A stretch of DNA of 36,869 nt from Elusimicrobiota bacterium. GTDB taxonomy: Bacteria; CG03; SLGR01. Location of the stretch: NCBI GenBank assembly GCA_012511615.1, contig JAAZFS010000176.1:1-36869 (forward strand), read 5' to 3'. Under the pieces are notes generated by a model. The model was not told the DNA's origin. It ran no database searches and was given only the letters and a program-made list of their open reading frames with translations. Positions 35,737 through 36,869 of this stretch are shown piece by piece (position 1 is the stretch's first letter; each line of letters begins with the position of its first letter). A program made the position numbers and the translations under genes.

Positions 35737-36493
35737 AAAACTCGGTCAGCATTTTCTCATAAATCCCGATACCAGTCGAAGAATTGCTGATCTTCTTTCA
35801 CTAGAGCCCAGCGAAAAGGTTTTGGAAATCGGCCCTGGTAGAGGTGCTTTAACGGACTTTCTTCTTGATGAAGATATTTATCTTACTGCAGTAGAATTGG
35901 ATAAATATTTTGCAGATAAAATTCAGGAAAAATATGGGGATAAAGTTAGGGTAATAAATGAAGATTTTTTAAAAATCAATCTTGCAGATTTTTCACCAGA
36001 GAAAATTTGCGGAAATCTTCCCTATCAAATTACTGGGCCTATACTAGAGAAAGTACTTACAGATCCTTACCCTTGGACTAGGGCGGTTTTTATGATACCA
36101 GATGCAGTAGCCCGACGAGCAACAGCCGCTCCCGGTGATTCAGATTATTCAGCCATATCGGTAATGACTGGAGGTGGTTTTAGCGTAAATTATGCCTTCA
36201 GTGTTCCGCCAGAAGACTTTGATCCACCTCCAAAAATAGAATCTGGAGTAATAGTAGTGATAAGAGAGTCCGGCCCAGAGGATGAAAAATTTTATCATTT
36301 TACTCGGGCCGCTTTCTCGCGCAGAAGAAAAAAACTAAGGAATTCACTTTCCATATCGCTTGAGCTTTCTAAGGATGCGGTTGAGGCTGTTTTGAAAGAC
36401 TGCTCTATCGACGGCAATCTCCGGCCTCAGGACCTATCTTTTAAGGAGTACAAAAGGCTCTTTACGGGGTTTGTCAAAAATAAGCTATTTTGA
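35729..36493 (+). CDS. rsmA: 16S rRNA (adenine1518/1519-N6)-dimethyltransferase
   Basis: It carries LGQHFL, the SAM motif EIGPGRGALT and GNLPYQIT. I prefer the ATG at 35729 (MARKLGQHFL), which overlaps pdxA by 8 nt. The ORF track opens at a TTG at 35711. Confidence 0.92.
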   Translation: MARKLGQHFLINPDTSRRIADLLSLEPSEKVLEIGPGRGALTDFLLDEDIYLTAVELDKYFADKIQEKYGDKVRVINEDFLKINLADFSPEKICGNLPYQITGPILEKVLTDPYPWTRAVFMIPDAVARRATAAPGDSDYSAISVMTGGGFSVNYAFSVPPEDFDPPPKIESGVIVVIRESGPEDEKFYHFTRAAFSRRRKKLRNSLSISLELSKDAVEAVLKDCSIDGNLRPQDLSFKEYKRLFTGFVKNKLF

Positions 36494-36559
36494 TATAATT
36501 AATTTATTAAAACCTTTCCGGTTTAAGTTCCCTAAAGCGGAGTTCTCAAGGAGGAGTAA

Positions 36560-36869
36560 ATGCAAGAACGAAGAAGCCAGAAGATTGTCAACAAAAATTT
36601 CCAACGCAGGATCCTTAAGATTATTGTTATTAGTATTATAGCCTCAACTTTAGTCTCTCTTGCCTTATTTTATATCGCACTGAGGGTTAAAACCCAGCAG
36701 GCCGCTTTTTCTGGCTACACAGCCGAGCGTCTGGCTGAGCTCTTTGCCTGGTTGAATGTTGCCCTACCCTTGATAAGTCTGCTCTTGATAGTACTTGCCG
36801 TTTTTATTGGAAGACATATCTCCTTTAAGGTTGCTGGCCCTCTCTATGCTCTTGAGAAACAGCTAGGAA
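36560..36869 (+). CDS. Membrane protein, 5' fragment (two TM segments followed by an HAMP-like AGPLY segment); continues beyond the window
   Basis: The ATG at 36560 is preceded by AAGGAGG (36548-36554). The translation is MQERRSQKIVNKNFQRRILKIIVISIIASTLVSLALFYIAL...LPLISLLLIVLAVFIGRHISFKVAGPLYALEKQL. The frame stays open to the window end, and the ORF is not in the supplied track. Confidence 0.6.
   Translation, partial: MQERRSQKIVNKNFQRRILKIIVISIIASTLVSLALFYIALRVKTQQAAFSGYTAERLAELFAWLNVALPLISLLLIVLAVFIGRHISFKVAGPLYALEKQLG

Noticed and set aside
36505-36525. A short hairpin (AAACC-ttt/cc-GGTTT) after the rsmA stop as a possible terminator.
   Set aside because: It has only about 5 bp of A/T-rich stem and no following U-tract, so it is too weak to call.
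1-36869. I scanned for CRISPR-like spaced repeats, IS/transposase or integrase genes, tRNA/rRNA genes, phage genes, toxin-antitoxin pairs and known defence-system hallmarks (nucleases, helicases or ATPases with no housekeeping role).
   Set aside because: None was seen. Every ORF over about 90 aa on the coding frame is accounted for, the only helicase/ATPase-like gene is canonical uvrA, and the intergenic gaps are 154 nt or shorter.

Overview
This is a densely packed (about 98% coding), low-GC core-genome window from a diderm bacterium (TonB/ExbBD, SurA-like chaperones, a beta-barrel protein). I call 35 CDS, and most are translationally coupled through ATGA/TAATG-type overlaps.

Layout:
- 51-9689 (+): a complete DapL-variant lysine operon, lysA-dapF-dapA-dapB-[FAH-family gene]-dapL, running straight into folK, a small 4-TM protein and gatCAB.
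- 9780-14663 (-): an amino-sugar operon of standalone LbH acetyltransferase, glmM, glmS and an orphan 289-aa protein.
- 14818-15828 (+): a lone radical SAM enzyme with a twitch/SPASM-like tail.
- 15888-31852 (+): a 16-kb string panB-panC-nadA-nadB-uvrA, a 967-aa TPR protein, a 485-aa putative beta-barrel, ExbB-ExbD-TonB, IMPase, trxB and an archaeal-type apgM.
- 31909-36869 (+): two parvulin chaperones, a eukaryote-type UDPGP-family pyrophosphorylase, pdxA, rsmA and a truncated membrane protein.

I found no rRNA, tRNA, CRISPR array, transposase/integrase, toxin-antitoxin pair or recognisable defence gene. The non-coding gaps are too short (largest 154 nt) to hide a structured RNA gene of any size.

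I do not see a clear-cut novel system. The best candidates for unexplained biology are:
- the TPR / plug-less barrel / ExbB-ExbD-TonB module (22842-28953);
- a GlmS whose invariant N-terminal catalytic Cys is encoded as Ser;
- an apparently split, archaeal/eukaryote-flavoured UDP-sugar activation set (standalone LbH plus UDPGP);
- an FAH-family gene wedged inside the lysine operon;
- an orphan radical SAM and an orphan 289-aa protein flanking the glm operon.

All family assignments rest on motifs read by eye from the translations. No database search was run.
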